Made by a program: the position numbers and the translations under genes. From Dicyema japonicum (lineage: Eukaryota > Animalia > Dicyemida), in contig RDEW01000004.1 of the NCBI GenBank assembly GCA_011109175.1, forward strand, positions 2,018,783 through 2,082,782: a stretch of 64,000 nucleotides of DNA, written 5' to 3'. Positions 48,198 through 60,727 of this stretch are shown in pieces. The notes under the pieces were generated by a model. It was not told where the DNA came from and searched no databases. It saw only the letters and a list, made by a program, of their open reading frames with translations. Position 1 is the stretch's first letter. Each line of letters opens with the position of its first letter.

Positions 48198-49620
48198 TAG
48201 TGTGCGTCATGTGGTTCTCCAATTCTGGTGGCAGTGGATGTAGTCCTAAACTATATCTAAAAAGAACCATTTGCTCCTTACCAACCAGAGGACTTCTCAC
48301 TGGACGGCATTTTCTTAATGTTGGAACATTTTATAGATTGAGACTGTTGACCTCACGAGACGTGGAATAAATCCAGGTCAAAAAAAGTTAACAATCCGAG
48401 CGTAAACATAAACGGGATCAGAGGAAAGATTGCAGAACTTTCCATATTCTTGGAGAGGAACAGAGTAGACGTCTGCCTTCTTTAGGAAACGAAGTTTCAA
48501 AAATCATTCCTACTTCTCTCTCTAATAAATACAACACAATAATATCCGACCGTCCATCTGGCCATAATGAGGTCTACTGACTTTTGTAGGAAAAAGAATA
48601 AAATACCTTGAGAACCCTTCTCCTTACAAGAGCCTAATGGAAGACTCGAACACGGAGCTAATTGGAAATTCTGTTATAACTTCCATTAGAAAAATTGAAA
48701 TTGCGAATGTTTTTGTTCTTCCTCCGGGCTCCTGCAAGAAGAATTTCTGCTTTGACCTATCGACCCTGGACAAACTGGAGAACTTGCTTTTATGTGGAGA
48801 TCTGAATGCGAGGCACCTTTCTTGTTTCCGCTCTCAGGCCGCTGATATTCCAAATAGCCCCTCTGACTTATTTTCTTTCTAAGAAGTATCCATAGCAATA
48901 TCAAATCAGAAAAAAAACAAACTCATATAGGCCAGACAAAATTCCTTTTATTCTGGGCCAGCATCAATAAATACACTTGGGGTTAGCATCAATAAATGCA
49001 TTGACAATCATCTACAACACATCGCTAAACATAAATATCATACCGACTTTATGGAAACTATCAAAAATTCGTCCAATATTAAAACTGGAAATACCGAAGA
49101 ACGATCCCGGCTTTTATAGACCAGTCTTCCTTATATGTGTTTTGTCGAGAATCCTCGAAAAATTGATCTTAAAACTTATTCGTTTCTCCTCACAACCTAC
49201 ATTCCAACATGGCTTAAAGGAAGTATTATCAACAGCCTTTTTCCTAACAACACTAATGAAGTTCATAACTGAAGGACACTAGAACAAGCCAAAAAAGAAA
49301 AATAGGTCATTGTACGATCGAGATTCAAAAAGCATTAGACTTTGTCCCAAGAAAAATCCTCATACAAAAATTATTTTTGACAAAAATTGCTTCACCAGTA
49401 AAGTTATGGATACAAATTTCTTAAATTGACGCTGAGGAAAAGTGTGCGTCAGAAACAAGAGTTCCAGATGTAGATTGTTACCTAATGATGTACCCCAGGG
49501 CTCTTCTTTGTATCCAATCCTCCTTACTTTGTTTCTGAATGATCTCCCTGTTCCTATGAATAATAATGACATGCTACTTTCCTATGCCGATGATATAGTA
49601 GCATCTAGGGACGTTCTTCA
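48198..49620 (+). mobile_element. Second ingi/Vingi-like LINE directly downstream, 5' intact, heavily deleted
   Basis: Hallmark gcgtcatgtggttct at 48204; NINGIRGKIAEL, GDLNARH, YRPVFLICVLSRILEKL, LPNDVPQGSSLYP, LSYADD; no 3' tail. Confidence 0.75.
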
Positions 49621-50149
49621 ACAGATTAAAAAGGAAAGCAGAAGATATCAAATAATGAAAACTTTGAAGATTGTTACTAGAGACCTCTCAGTTTGTCATG
49701 GGTGTGGCAAAAGCAACGACGTGAAGTGGGGTGTTTGCTGTTTTACGTTCAATGAATTCTTTCCAAATTAGCTGCGCACGACTAATTAAAGTTGCAGTGA
49801 AATGCTTTCCTCATTGGAACTGCTGCAGTTGTATGACTGCACGGGAAATCAAACCCTCTCATCATGTCGCAGGTACGTAGGCCTCTTCTGCAACAGGAAA
49901 CCAAGTCAAAACATTATTTTTTTAAATTCTCCAAATCGCGGAAATAAAGAATATACTACTACGGATACCTGAGCTTGAAGAAAAGAATGAAAAAATATTC
50001 CCGAAACGCCAAGAACAATAAGAAATATAATTTGTGGATACAAGAACAATATGAAATATAAAATCCTCATGTACAACTATTACTACCACTTAAGCTGTGT
50101 TAGGATGAATAAATCTTGTCTTTCTTTATGCCATTACGCAGTGCATAAA

Positions 50150-52010
50150 CAAATGACCTCTGAAGAGAACTTACCAACAAATCGGACCCTTTTCGAGCGG
50201 TTAATCACTGACTTTAACTTTTTCTTCTTAAACATATCCAGCATGCGAAAGTCCAAGAAAATACCACTGAGGATTCAGATGACCGTTCGGATCCCAGCCG
50301 CTTTATGTTTTCTTCACTCGTCGACAATGCACTCACATCGAACTGTGATGGTTCTTGGATAGACGACTGAGCTTTGCTTTTCTTGTTCTTGGCCTGTCTA
50401 TCAATGAATCTACGAAAAATAACCACGGGCAAACTGAAGCCATAAGTTCAACATTTCTTCGAAAATTAAAAGAACATTAAGACTATTTATGAACAAAGCT
50501 TCACCAGCATTCAGGCTTCGCAAATATGTAAACTCTCAGTCAAACCACCACCAAACTCAAAGAGAGGGTGAATCGAAAACTTTTCGAAGGTGATATCCGA
50601 GTAGCTTTACGGGTGGTTGCTTCTGACGATACAGTTCTTTTTCTGTCCCAGACTGTTTTGAAAGGCTAATGAGGAAGCATCCAAACCCTCCGGACAACTT
50701 TTGTATACATACTACTCTTGAAACAACTCTGAAGATATCTATCAACGAGAAAGATGTGACTGGATGAACTGCTTCCGGACCATATTAGAGATCTGACGTC
50801 TGGTCCTACAGCTGAGGCTGGACATTATCTCGTCAATTCGATCACTTATCCACCGTATAATCAATGGGGATATTCCATACACGAGATCTTCTCTATTCTG
50901 CCCATCTACTGGCATTCGAAAATAATGATGGAGGCATCCGTCCCATAGCAGTTGGCAACTATTTCCTATGATTGGATGCAAAAATTACTTCCAGGCTTGT
51001 CTCTTCAAGGATCAGTGAAGAATTATCCCCAATCCAACTGGGTATTGACGTACTTAGTGGGTTCGAAGCCTCTATGCACATAAAGAGGAGTTTCTTCTCA
51101 CAAGAAAACCTAAAATAATCCATGTATGGGATTAAAGCTTGACATCACTAGCACCTTCAATTATTTTAGGAGAGATCGTATCATTGTATGCAGCTAGCGA
51201 GCCCGTGAGTTATTCTATTTTCTTGGATATCCACTCGACAATGCAGAATTAGCACCTTTCAAAGCGGAAGAGCTTTTCCTTTTTATGAAAAGACTTGCTA
51301 TTATGAACTCCTACATATCTTTTTCTCTCATGAAAAGACGATTATGTTTGCCGAAATTTGAATACGCTAGCGGAGTTCCCTGTACTTCGGCCATCGAGAT
51401 TTGCTACTGAGTCTAGATCAGACTTTAAGGCAAATAGTCGAGTCACTACTAATGTTGCGCTTTACGAGGTGGATTAGACACAATGCAAACTTCTTTCAAG
51501 TCTCGGAGGAGTGGGCCTAAGATCCGCTGTAAAGATCGATCCAGCATACCTATCGTCGCTTTCGAGCTGCAGTATCTTGTCTGGGAAATCCAACGTCACC
51601 CTATTGGACTTTCATTGGACAGAGTTGACGAAGCTTGTTTACAGTTGAGGGAAGCAAGATTTCCAATCTCAGATGATATATTTAATCAGAACGAATGGGA
51701 CGCAATTTTCTGCAAGGCTATCGTTGCAGCCTAAAGCAAGAGTTGAACCAACACCTGCTTGCCTGTTTGCTATCTGCTGCACAATATGGGAGTGGTGCAT
51801 GGCTCCACACATTTTCATGCTCTTCTTTGGGAATTCACGACGACTGTGTGAGAATCGGAATAGTACAACGATTGGGACATGACGTCTGCTAAAAACACAG
51901 ATGCAGCTGTGGAGGAACAGTTGACACCAAAGGACTACATCCTTTGTCTTGCAAATGGAGTGCAGGTCGCTTATCTTGTTACGTCGCATTGAATTACATT
52001 CAAAATAAAG
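50150..52010 (+). mobile_element. CRE-clade element, decayed (RT to zinc knuckle)
   Basis: HLLAFENNDGGIRPIAVGNYF, LSPIQLG, KLDITSTFN, GVGLR, GSGAWLHTF..LG, HPLSCKWSAGR. Confidence 0.8.
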
Positions 52011-52029
52011 TAAACAAATTTTTGTCACC

Positions 52030-52810
52030 TGGACAAAATTGATTCAGAGAAGGAAGGTCTACCAATGACATCGTCTTTACACACAGATTGTCTTAAGGTT
52101 ATGCCAAAAATACAGGAAATGTATAGAAGTTCTTGGTCTTGTTCAGTTGATTATGTCCACAGAGGCAAACTCATTAAAATTTTGACAACCTTTTTCAACG
52201 CTGATGATGTTGGAATGATCTTCATGATGGTAAAAGATGCTTATCTAAAAGTCAAACTGGGAAACACTACCACTATCTTTTTTATGAAATTACGCGGGGA
52301 GTTCCACAAGGCGACTCTGTAACCTATTCTTTTGTTATTTATCTAGAGGCTGCGTTGAAAGACTTCAGATCGTCAATTAAAGGAAATGGAGTGATTATGC
52401 AGATTTTGTGGATTTTATATTTGACGACGTTAAATGTTTTAAACACTTACACGAGTGTCTCCCATAATTAAAAAATGGTTGTTGAAGTTAAACACCACAA
52501 AATGGAGTTTAATCATTCAGCCGTGAAAAGAGGACATTTGACGAGACGTGGAGAAGACATAAGAAGGTCACTCTTGAGGGAACTATAGCCCGCCTGAAAA
52601 TCCTTTCCTCTGGTGCTTTCAAAAACCTAGTAAAAATATAGTGATCGGGCAGAAAGCTCAGTGGAAAAGTAAAGATATACAAATACTCCATTGTACCCAT
52701 CCTAATTTAAAATTGCGGGACATAGATTGCTAAAACACGTTATGGAGACTATTGATAGTTTTCACTGCGTCACCTTTGATTTCTCATTAACCTGGAGACA
52801 TGGTTGAAAG
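52030..52810 (+). mobile_element. RTE RT fragment, decayed
   Basis: DYVHRGKLIKIL, LKVKLG, ggagttccacaaggcgactct, tatctagaggctgcg; colinear with 41630-42300. Confidence 0.75.
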
Positions 52811-52929
52811 TAAATAACTTTTTTCCAGAAAATTCTTCTATTCTATTGTTCAACAAATCGCAGAAGCAAGACTTGGTGTTGAGATTAAACAAAATGACAT
52901 TTCCCTTGCGCCTTTGAATTCTTGGGACG

Positions 52930-53400
52930 TCTACTGAGTCTGATTTCTACACGCGCCGCTGTCTATTTGAGCAGATTTCGCTATCTTGAGACGTAATATC
53001 CACGCAGTCAGAGCGGCTATCGTATGGACTGGATGTCCCCAAAAATCCCAATTAGATGATTCTTGGAGTGACCATTGACAAGTGGTTCTCAATGCGGCCA
53101 GTTTAACATTACAAAATTCATTTCCTCTTTGAACTGTTAAGGATAGTTCTCTCAATTAGGAATTCTAATTGGGATAATCTTCCCTTGTCGGGTATTCGTA
53201 ACTGCAGTTAGAAACTTCTTAAGTATTACAACTTTTGGCACATGACAGATGGTGAAATCGTTGACAAATGTCATAAATGCCGTCAACCCTTCTACAATTA
53301 CTAATGGCTTTTCCAGAACATTGGACTTTCGATCATGAGGGGTAACTCTCATAGGGTTCTCAATGCCTGCAGGCGATACTGGAGACATTGTCTTACAAAA
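52930..53400 (+). mobile_element. CRE-clade 3' fragment
   Basis: Ends WLFQNIGLSIMRGNSHRVLNACRRY; matches 4975-5110. Confidence 0.55.
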
Positions 53401-53689
53401 TTACTTTTAACTAATTATCTTATTACAAAATTGCTCTACCAGCAGATCAGATTTGTATCTTCAGATTAATAAAATAAGGGGATCATTATGTTTGTTAAGT
53501 ATGGTCATTTGAGAGTATAAAACGCGTTAAGTCTTCTAAACAATTTCATTCACAAAATAAAAACATTGATCAAACACAACTCGGATAGGTTTGTGATTCT
53601 TACAACAGGCAAAGTTTCACTAGAATAAGTAAATGTTAAAAATTATATAGTCTGAAGACTATTACTTTGACGTATTTTTCTAACATGAA

Positions 53690-54730
53690 TTTAAGAAGGC
53701 TCCCTCCTCAACTACTCACCTTACTTGCTTGAAGAAATTTATCAAGGAAGACCTACAATGAAAACCTCGGCATCAAAAGACCATTATGTGTTCCATTGAG
53801 AAGGCTTTTGACTCGATTCCGAAAAAATTGCTCACTAGGAAGATTTATGGCTCTAACATTACAAACAACTTGAAAATTTGGCTTGCAAACTTCCTCGAAG
53901 AGTAATTTCACAATCCATATTTTCTGTTACCAAATTTCTGCCGAATTAGGTCCCGCAAGGATTCTCTCACCCATTCTCTTCAACCTCTTTATGAGACATG
54001 CCTTCCCACAGCAGGAACGATATTCTGTTCCTCGCTTATGCTAACGACATTATCCCGCCAACAAAAGACTAGTGTATCCACACAGCGGGTATCAGTTTAC
54101 GATAGTTACTGGACAACTTGAACTGTTGGCTTACGAGAAACTATTACACACAAGTCCTGAAAAGTCGAGCCTATGATTTTTACTTCCAATAGAAGACTAA
54201 CAAACTAGGCACCTTTTTTACTCTTAATGGAATATAAATTCCCTCCAAAAACACAATCAAAATACTGGGGGTCGATATGACTCTTTAATGACCTTCATCT
54301 TCTTTTTTTAGCGAAAACTAAACTTAGTAAAAACGCTACTTGGATAATACAAAATGTTTACACTCAACATTGAATCATTTTTTACATCTAATATATACTA
54401 ACGTTAATCTACTGCTGTGCGGCATGGGGTACTAACCTATCCTATACCAACCTAAAAAAATAAACTCCTTCCGAGAAATAGTAACGAGGCCCCTACAAAG
54501 GTCCTCTTCCTCGCCACTAAAGCCAAACACAGTTGAGAACTCGTGAGGAGAACGGGAGCTCAGTTGAAACCTCAAAACTTCCGACAAGTGATTCATCCAT
54601 ACAGAAAGTGTGTCGGCTATCGGGAGGAACACCGAGAAAGAATAAGGCGGTTGCTTAAGGAGGCCGGGATTATCTGACGGGCCCTTCTCTCTTTTATTTT
54701 GTCGGTGATTTTTGTTTTTAAATAAATAAA
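53690..54730 (+). mobile_element. ingi/Vingi-like RT and 3' end (third subfamily)
   Basis: KAFDSIPKK, KIWLANFL, gtcccgcaagga, LAYAND; C-terminus CVGYREEHRERIRRLLKEAGII* (54605-54678), then ttttaaataaataaa. Confidence 0.7.
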
Positions 54731-54869
54731 GAGGATTCTGCAATTTAGTGGTGACTTATGATTATGTCATAAAGTAACTATAATCATATCAAGACGAAAG
54801 CCGTTATAGGCGGCTAACCCTGTATGGACTGAAGAATTATGTTAATCAACTTAACCCTATTATTATTTT

Positions 54870-56780
54870 ATTTTTATTTTATTTATTTAACCCAAGACCA
54901 CGGTAAAACAAAACAAATCATCACGTGATCCCGATGCATTTTAACAAAGACCTCATCTTTGCCCGTCGTTCTTCCTTCGTGCCCGCGCATGAACCTACAG
55001 GACGGCTGCCTATTTTTCAGGGCCCAATTTCCCGAGATCTGGAGTTAATTATCATAAGGGCCTCCAGAGGCGTAGATCTGGGTCGATGATCTTCACAAAT
55101 CCAACGATCCGTTACTTTGTAATCCCTCTTTTGCATTTCCTCAATTTTCCTCATATTTGTCCCAGATATGGACGGACCCCACGAGGCGCATGCATATGAG
55201 AAACATGGCTCGATGTATTGTTTGTATACGTACATCAAAACTGGGTGAGTACAACTCTTGCATATTCCCGATAAACTTTTCAATACGTTCATTTCAATAG
55301 AATGTTTTCTACATAAGGTGTTAAACAGAGATGCATATCAATTGTCACACCCAAGATCCTGTGACATCAGTGGAAAGGGATGCCGACCTTGTTTAACTTC
55401 AAGGTGACTGTCTTACTTCCCAATTTTTTGTCCGAGGTAAATAGTGATGTAGACGACTTCTCTGCATTCACCACGAGCCGGTTTTCCATTATCCAGGTTA
55501 ATTTGTATTCTTTCTGTGGCCCTCTGGATGTCCTGATCTCGCGAAGCCACCACAATATCATCCGCATAGGATAGTAGAACATCATTATCAGATTCAAGAC
55601 TCGGGATATCAGCCAGAAAGAGGTTAAATAGAGCAGGGGATAAAGGCGATCCTTGAGGGACACCGTTTGGAAGGAGCCGTAAGATTGATTTCATACCTCC
55701 GAGACAAACACGTCCCCTTCGTCCACTTAGGAAGTTAATAATCCAAAGCTTTAGCTTCCCTGGGATCTCCGATTGAAATATTTTTCTCGATAGAATCTTC
55801 CTCGAGACTGAGTCAAAAGCCTTATGTATGTCGATCGAGCAGAGCACTGTTTTAAAGTGTCTCGGCTTGGTTGTGAATCCGACTCGAATGAATTTGGTCA
55901 ATGTTTGCAAGTATGTAGACGTAGATCTCTCATTTTTGAATCCATGTTAAAAATTCTTTTCTGGTAAAAATTCTTTTATTCTCCCGAGCACAAGCCTCTC
56001 CAGAATTTTTGACATTGAACATAGCAGTGACACCAGTCTAAAAGACGCTGGGTCTTCTCTCGATCTTCCTGGTTTCAGTAGTGGCCGTATTAGAGCCTGT
56101 TTCCATAACAACGGTATCACATTCTGATTAATTGAATGGTTGAATATCGACGTTAGGAAAGTGATACCTCCGTCTCCAAGAATTTTTAATAAGATAACAG
56201 GAATGTTATCTGATCCGTGTCAGTATGTCGTTTTTACAGAATGTATTGTATCCCTCACCTCTCTCTCACAAAAGAAGAGTGGTTTTGATATTATCTTAAG
56301 TTTCCTGCGTGATGGAAGTGCATCAGACTTCATGTGCTTTTTGTGTGAAATTTTAGTATAGAATTTTATTAAGTTGTTCACATCACTTTGAACATAATCC
56401 TCCTCTGTTGAAACTTCATCGCCTTTTGCCACATTTCGAATAGCTTTCCACACCTCTCCCGTAGTGCGATTTCTATTCACCATTGTAGCCACACGATTCC
56501 ACTTCGACCTCTGGGACTTGAACTCTTTTGCCTTTTTTTCATTATTCAATGTTCTGATCCGGAGTTTCATATCCAAGGTTATCCGGTTAGATATTTTAAG
56601 CCAATTTCTTTCTTTAATCAAGGCCGTCTTCCCTAGACCACTCGACGAATTTAAGTATTGTTTGGGTATAGCCCTTGATCTCGCTTCCAAGATTATTTGG
56701 ATAAAGATGCTGATAGCATTATTGAAACTAAGATTACTGATAAACCAGAACTGGTTGACCAACATATTTTTTTTAATTAA
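54870..56780 (-). mobile_element. ingi/Vingi-like LINE, 5'-truncated (~1.9 kb)
   Basis: ORFs 56220..56765 and 55413..55910 (IDIHKAFDSV, LPNGVPQGSPLSPALFN, LSYADD) are colinear with 46280-48170; 3' tail at 54870-54930. Confidence 0.9.
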
Positions 56781-56880
56781 AGATGGCTAAGACAAAAGAT
56801 TGGAATAGCCATACTCCGAGGGAACTTGTTCGCAATCCACGCAGCAGGCTTCCTCAACTGACATTTGTTTAATTGTTAAA
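56781..56880 (+). mobile_element. CRE-clade extreme 3' end (~100 bp)
   Basis: atggctaagacaaaagattggaatagc.atactccgaggga..cgcagcaggcttcctcaactgacatttgtttaattgt, only a few mismatches to 34925-35020 (-). Confidence 0.8.
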
Positions 56881-58039
56881 AAAAATTTTGTTATTAAAAA
56901 AAAAATTAAAGATTATTTTTAAAATAATTATATTATTGATATAATAACTAAGCAACAATGACGACCTCAAAACCAGTCTAAAAGTGGTTACAATCCTTTG
57001 ATCTAAGCACCCCGTAAGGAAACCAAAATGGTTAATCATAAATGCATAAATTGAGGGATTTGGCAAACGATTGTGTAGGTGGGGAGATTTTACTACACTA
57101 ATTTCCATATGACATGAAAGAAAATGAATTGCTATATTCTCATTCTCTGCAAGCAAGGCGTGAAAACTGGAAGAGAGTCATAAAGGTGGTGATTACTTAT
57201 TATCAGACATTCAACAAAAACGGATTAAAATTCCAAGAAGTCTATTCGAAAACACAATCCACAAGAAAGAACACGCGGCAGTGATTCTGTTAGAATATTT
57301 ATATGAGAATTTAACAAAATCAAAGTAACATTTATTTTAAGATTAGGCTTTTCGAATCAAGCTCTCATATTTACGAGAGTGCAGTTGGGACTGATTTCCT
57401 ATACCAAACATGTCTTTTGATGACTGCCAGGAAAACAGAATCAAAGTCAATAAAGAATAACATCAAATCGGCAGAAATACGACAAAACCGTGATGTAACG
57501 AATATTCAAAATATGGTAATTTGTTTAGACATGTAGGCCTTACAAATTATAAACGAATGCTCGAATATGCATAAAACCGAAAAAATTGAAAATCCCAAAA
57601 GATTTTTAATTTCCCAAAATATTGGAGAAAGGTGTTTACGAAGGAGTGCGCTCCCAGAAAATCGACCTAAATTTGCTGAATTTAAACAAAATATTAATAA
57701 GCTAATAAATGCAAAAAAAATTGTTGTTAATCAAAAATAATAAATTACTAATACTTTTAATTTAATTTATGATTGAAATAATTTTTTTTAATTATTTAAT
57801 TTTAAATTATTTTTTGGCCTGGTGCCGGGCAGACTTACTTACATTTCATCTAAACATTTACGATGCTTTGACTTGACGAGTGACGTCGTCATCAGTGAAT
57901 ATATCACTGCGAAGACATGAGAATTTATTGGTTCTCCCTCAACATTTAGTTATAACTGTTATTTACTTAAAATAAAGTTGGTGGGCTGCCTGGGAGGAGC
58001 TATAGCTAACATGTCTCTTCTAAAGTGCTGTATTATTAT

Positions 58040-58560
58040 TCGCAAAGGTTTCGACTAATGATGAGAAAAATTATTCTTGGTAATTTTTCCAAACTAGAAC
58101 CCATGGAAAGCTTAAACTCTGGTTATATAACTTCATAGCGCTAGGAGGGAACGTGTTGGAGTCGGACACTCAAAATCTATTTATCTTCCCAGTGGTGTTC
58201 CCCAAGGATCCCTTTGTCTCCTTTGTATTCAATCAATTCATGGTCGATCTTCCTTCACAAAAATCCTAAAATGATATTTTTATACTGATGACATCGTAAT
58301 AGCTTCACACAATTGGGACATCCAGGATAATCTTTAAGTTTACATGGACAGTCTTAACGAATGGTTGAAGAGCCTTCAACCAGTACTGAGAATTCAAGTC
58401 ATAACTCTTTTCACGTAGAGACTGGAAACACGGAAAGTCGAATTAAAAGCTATCCTTGGGGTGATTTTTAACATGGATAGTATTATGAATGCGCCACATG
58501 AGGACAATTCCTTAAAGATCAAAGCTAACAAAAAGACTTAAAATACTAATCGATACAACA
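58040..58560 (+). mobile_element. ingi/Vingi-like RT remnant
   Basis: KLWLYNF, LPSGVPQGS, YTDDIVIA. Confidence 0.65.
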
Positions 58561-58860
58561 CTACAAACAGATATGTCAATTAAATAACAAACCAGATATT
58601 TTCTTTCACGATAAATCCAAGAATGAAATAATACTTGGATCACGTTCCAAGAATTGTTAAAACATGTTGAAGTGGAGAAGCTCTACAGATACGATCTTCT
58701 TCCAGAACTAGCCATCCACAGGGCCAAGTATACGATATANGACTGCAGGGAGATACGCTCAAACAGTCACTGGTGTTCTCGGAAATCATCGGATCTAACC
58801 ATGGAATAAATGTCCGATGGCTCTGGATAAATAAACGTAATTTTGTCATTATCTCACAAG

Positions 58861-59245
58861 TTTTGGGTGAGGTGGTGACGTCTATCTCTAGCTCGTCTAT
58901 CTGGCGAATACTCTGTGAAAGAAAAGAATTGTTCTTACTTTTAATGTGAAAGGGATATGTTCTGAAATGCGAAAATTCAGCTTTGCCAAGATATACAGCA
59001 ATACGGAATGAATGTTGCATGCCTTAGGAAACTAAAGTATAACTATGGAATAAGCTTTGCAGTATATCAAAGCATTAAAATAAAAAAGTATTGGAAAATC
59101 AATGATAGGATTTGCATTATGCAGATATTGATTTGTTATAAATTTCCAATAATAATAAATTTTTGGTTAATTGGTGACATGCTTTTGATTTTCTCTGTAA
59201 AAGGCTTTATTATTATTATAGGCACGTACGCGATGCCAAGATGAT
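58861..59245 (+). mobile_element. RTE 5' fragment
   Basis: ttttgggtgaggtggtgacgtc, then VLTFNVKGI, MNVACL and YGISFAVY. Confidence 0.7.
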
Positions 59246-59249
59246 GACA

Positions 59250-59733
59250 AAGCATGTGCAACACGAAAAGTTAACAATCTAATTAACGCCCCCTATCTTT
59301 TTCGATCCGTTGCCATGTTCCGTAGCGTATCCTGAGATCTTCTTCTTGAATAACTGGCAGTGTTGTCCTCGGCCGGCCGCGGAAACGAGAAGCTTCTAAG
59401 ACAAAATACTCCTCCATTGTTATGTTGGCAGGAGTCCCCATATCGTGGCGGAGTATGTGTCCAAAGAGCCTCCATCTTGAATCATAATCTCACATGATAT
59501 TGGCTCAGTTCCTGTTTTCTTGTATAAGATTTTAAACTCCTTTGATATTTTTGTCTCTTGGAAACATCCGATTGATATCTTGATTTGAAAGATCTTCACA
59601 AAGTTCTTTTCTATTCCATGCACTAGAGTCCTTTGATATTGAACGTTAAAAGAGAGAAATCATTTAGGTTGCAATTTTCGTGTTTTTCAGACATACTTTT
59701 CAAGAGGGACGTCACCACCTCAACTAAAAAAAA
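59250..59733 (-). mobile_element. Short bipartite RTE derivative (5' motif and APE start joined to the C-terminus)
   Basis: Minus strand: 5' motif, ATG at 59694, SFNVQ, IGCFQETK, then directly RWRLFGHILRH, FRGRPRTTLP, GTWQRI and a stop. Confidence 0.75.
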
Positions 59734-59906
59734 TTAAATTCAAAACCTTGTTCACCATCGCCTTAATATACAAACTTGCGCCTCGCTTTATATTCCATGA
59801 TATAAAACAAATATAGAGTTTTTTGATATGGTAATTCTTGAACTCCGTGCTTATTTTTGTCTACAAAACGATATTTAAAAAATAACTTATTTATGGGAAA
59901 ATTAAC

Positions 59907-60156
59907 GTGGCTGAGTTAGTGACGTGGCTCTTTAAATGCAGTCTGAAAAATACAAGATTCAATGGGATGGCCTCAACCTACTCTCGTTTAATGTCAGGGG
60001 GATCTCGAAGACATGGATGAGGAAAACACTGTGCGATGATTTAGACAAGTACCGCGTCTCTATCGGATGTCTGCAAGAAACGAAGGTCTCTGATGGATGC
60101 TGTGAACACTATGGAACCTATAAACTTATTCTCTTCCCTAGTGAGTCTAAACATTA
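59907..60156 (+). mobile_element. RTE 5' end running into the assembly gap
   Basis: gtggctgagttagtgacgtggct; ATG 59936; LLSFNVRGI, DLDKYRVSIGCLQETK. Confidence 0.8.
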
Positions 60157-60727
60157 NNNNNNNNNNNNNNNNNNNNNNNNNNNNNNNNNNNNNNNNNNNN
60201 NNNNNNNNNNNNNNNNNNNNNNNNNNNNNNNNNNNNNNNNNNNNNNNNNNNNNNNNNNNNNNNNNNNNNNNNNNNNNNNNNNNNNNNNNNNNNNNNNNNN
60301 NNNNNNNNNNNNNNNNNNNNNNNNNNNNNNNNNNNNNNNNNNNNNNNNNNNNNNNNNNNNNNNNNNNNNNNNNNNNNNNNNNNNNNNNNNNNNNNNNNNN
60401 NNNNNNNNNNNNNNNNNNNNNNNNNNNNNNNNNNNNNNNNNNNNNNNNNNNNNNNNNNNNNNNNNNNNNNNNNNNNNNNNNNNNNNNNNNNNNNNNNNNN
60501 NNNNNNNNNNNNNNNNNNNNNNNNNNNNNNNNNNNNNNNNNNNNNNNNNNNNNNNNNNNNNNNNNNNNNNNNNNNNNNNNNNNNNNNNNNNNNNNNNNNN
60601 NNNNNNNNNNNNNNNNNNNNNNNNNNNNNNNNNNNNNNNNNNNNNNNNNNNNNNNNNNNNNNNNNNNNNNNNNNNNNNNNNNNNNNNNNNNNNNNNNNNN
60701 NNNNNNNNNNNNNNNNNNNNNNNNNNN
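60157..60727. other. Assembly gap (571 N)
   Basis: Run of n; the flanks belong to different elements on opposite strands. Confidence 1.
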
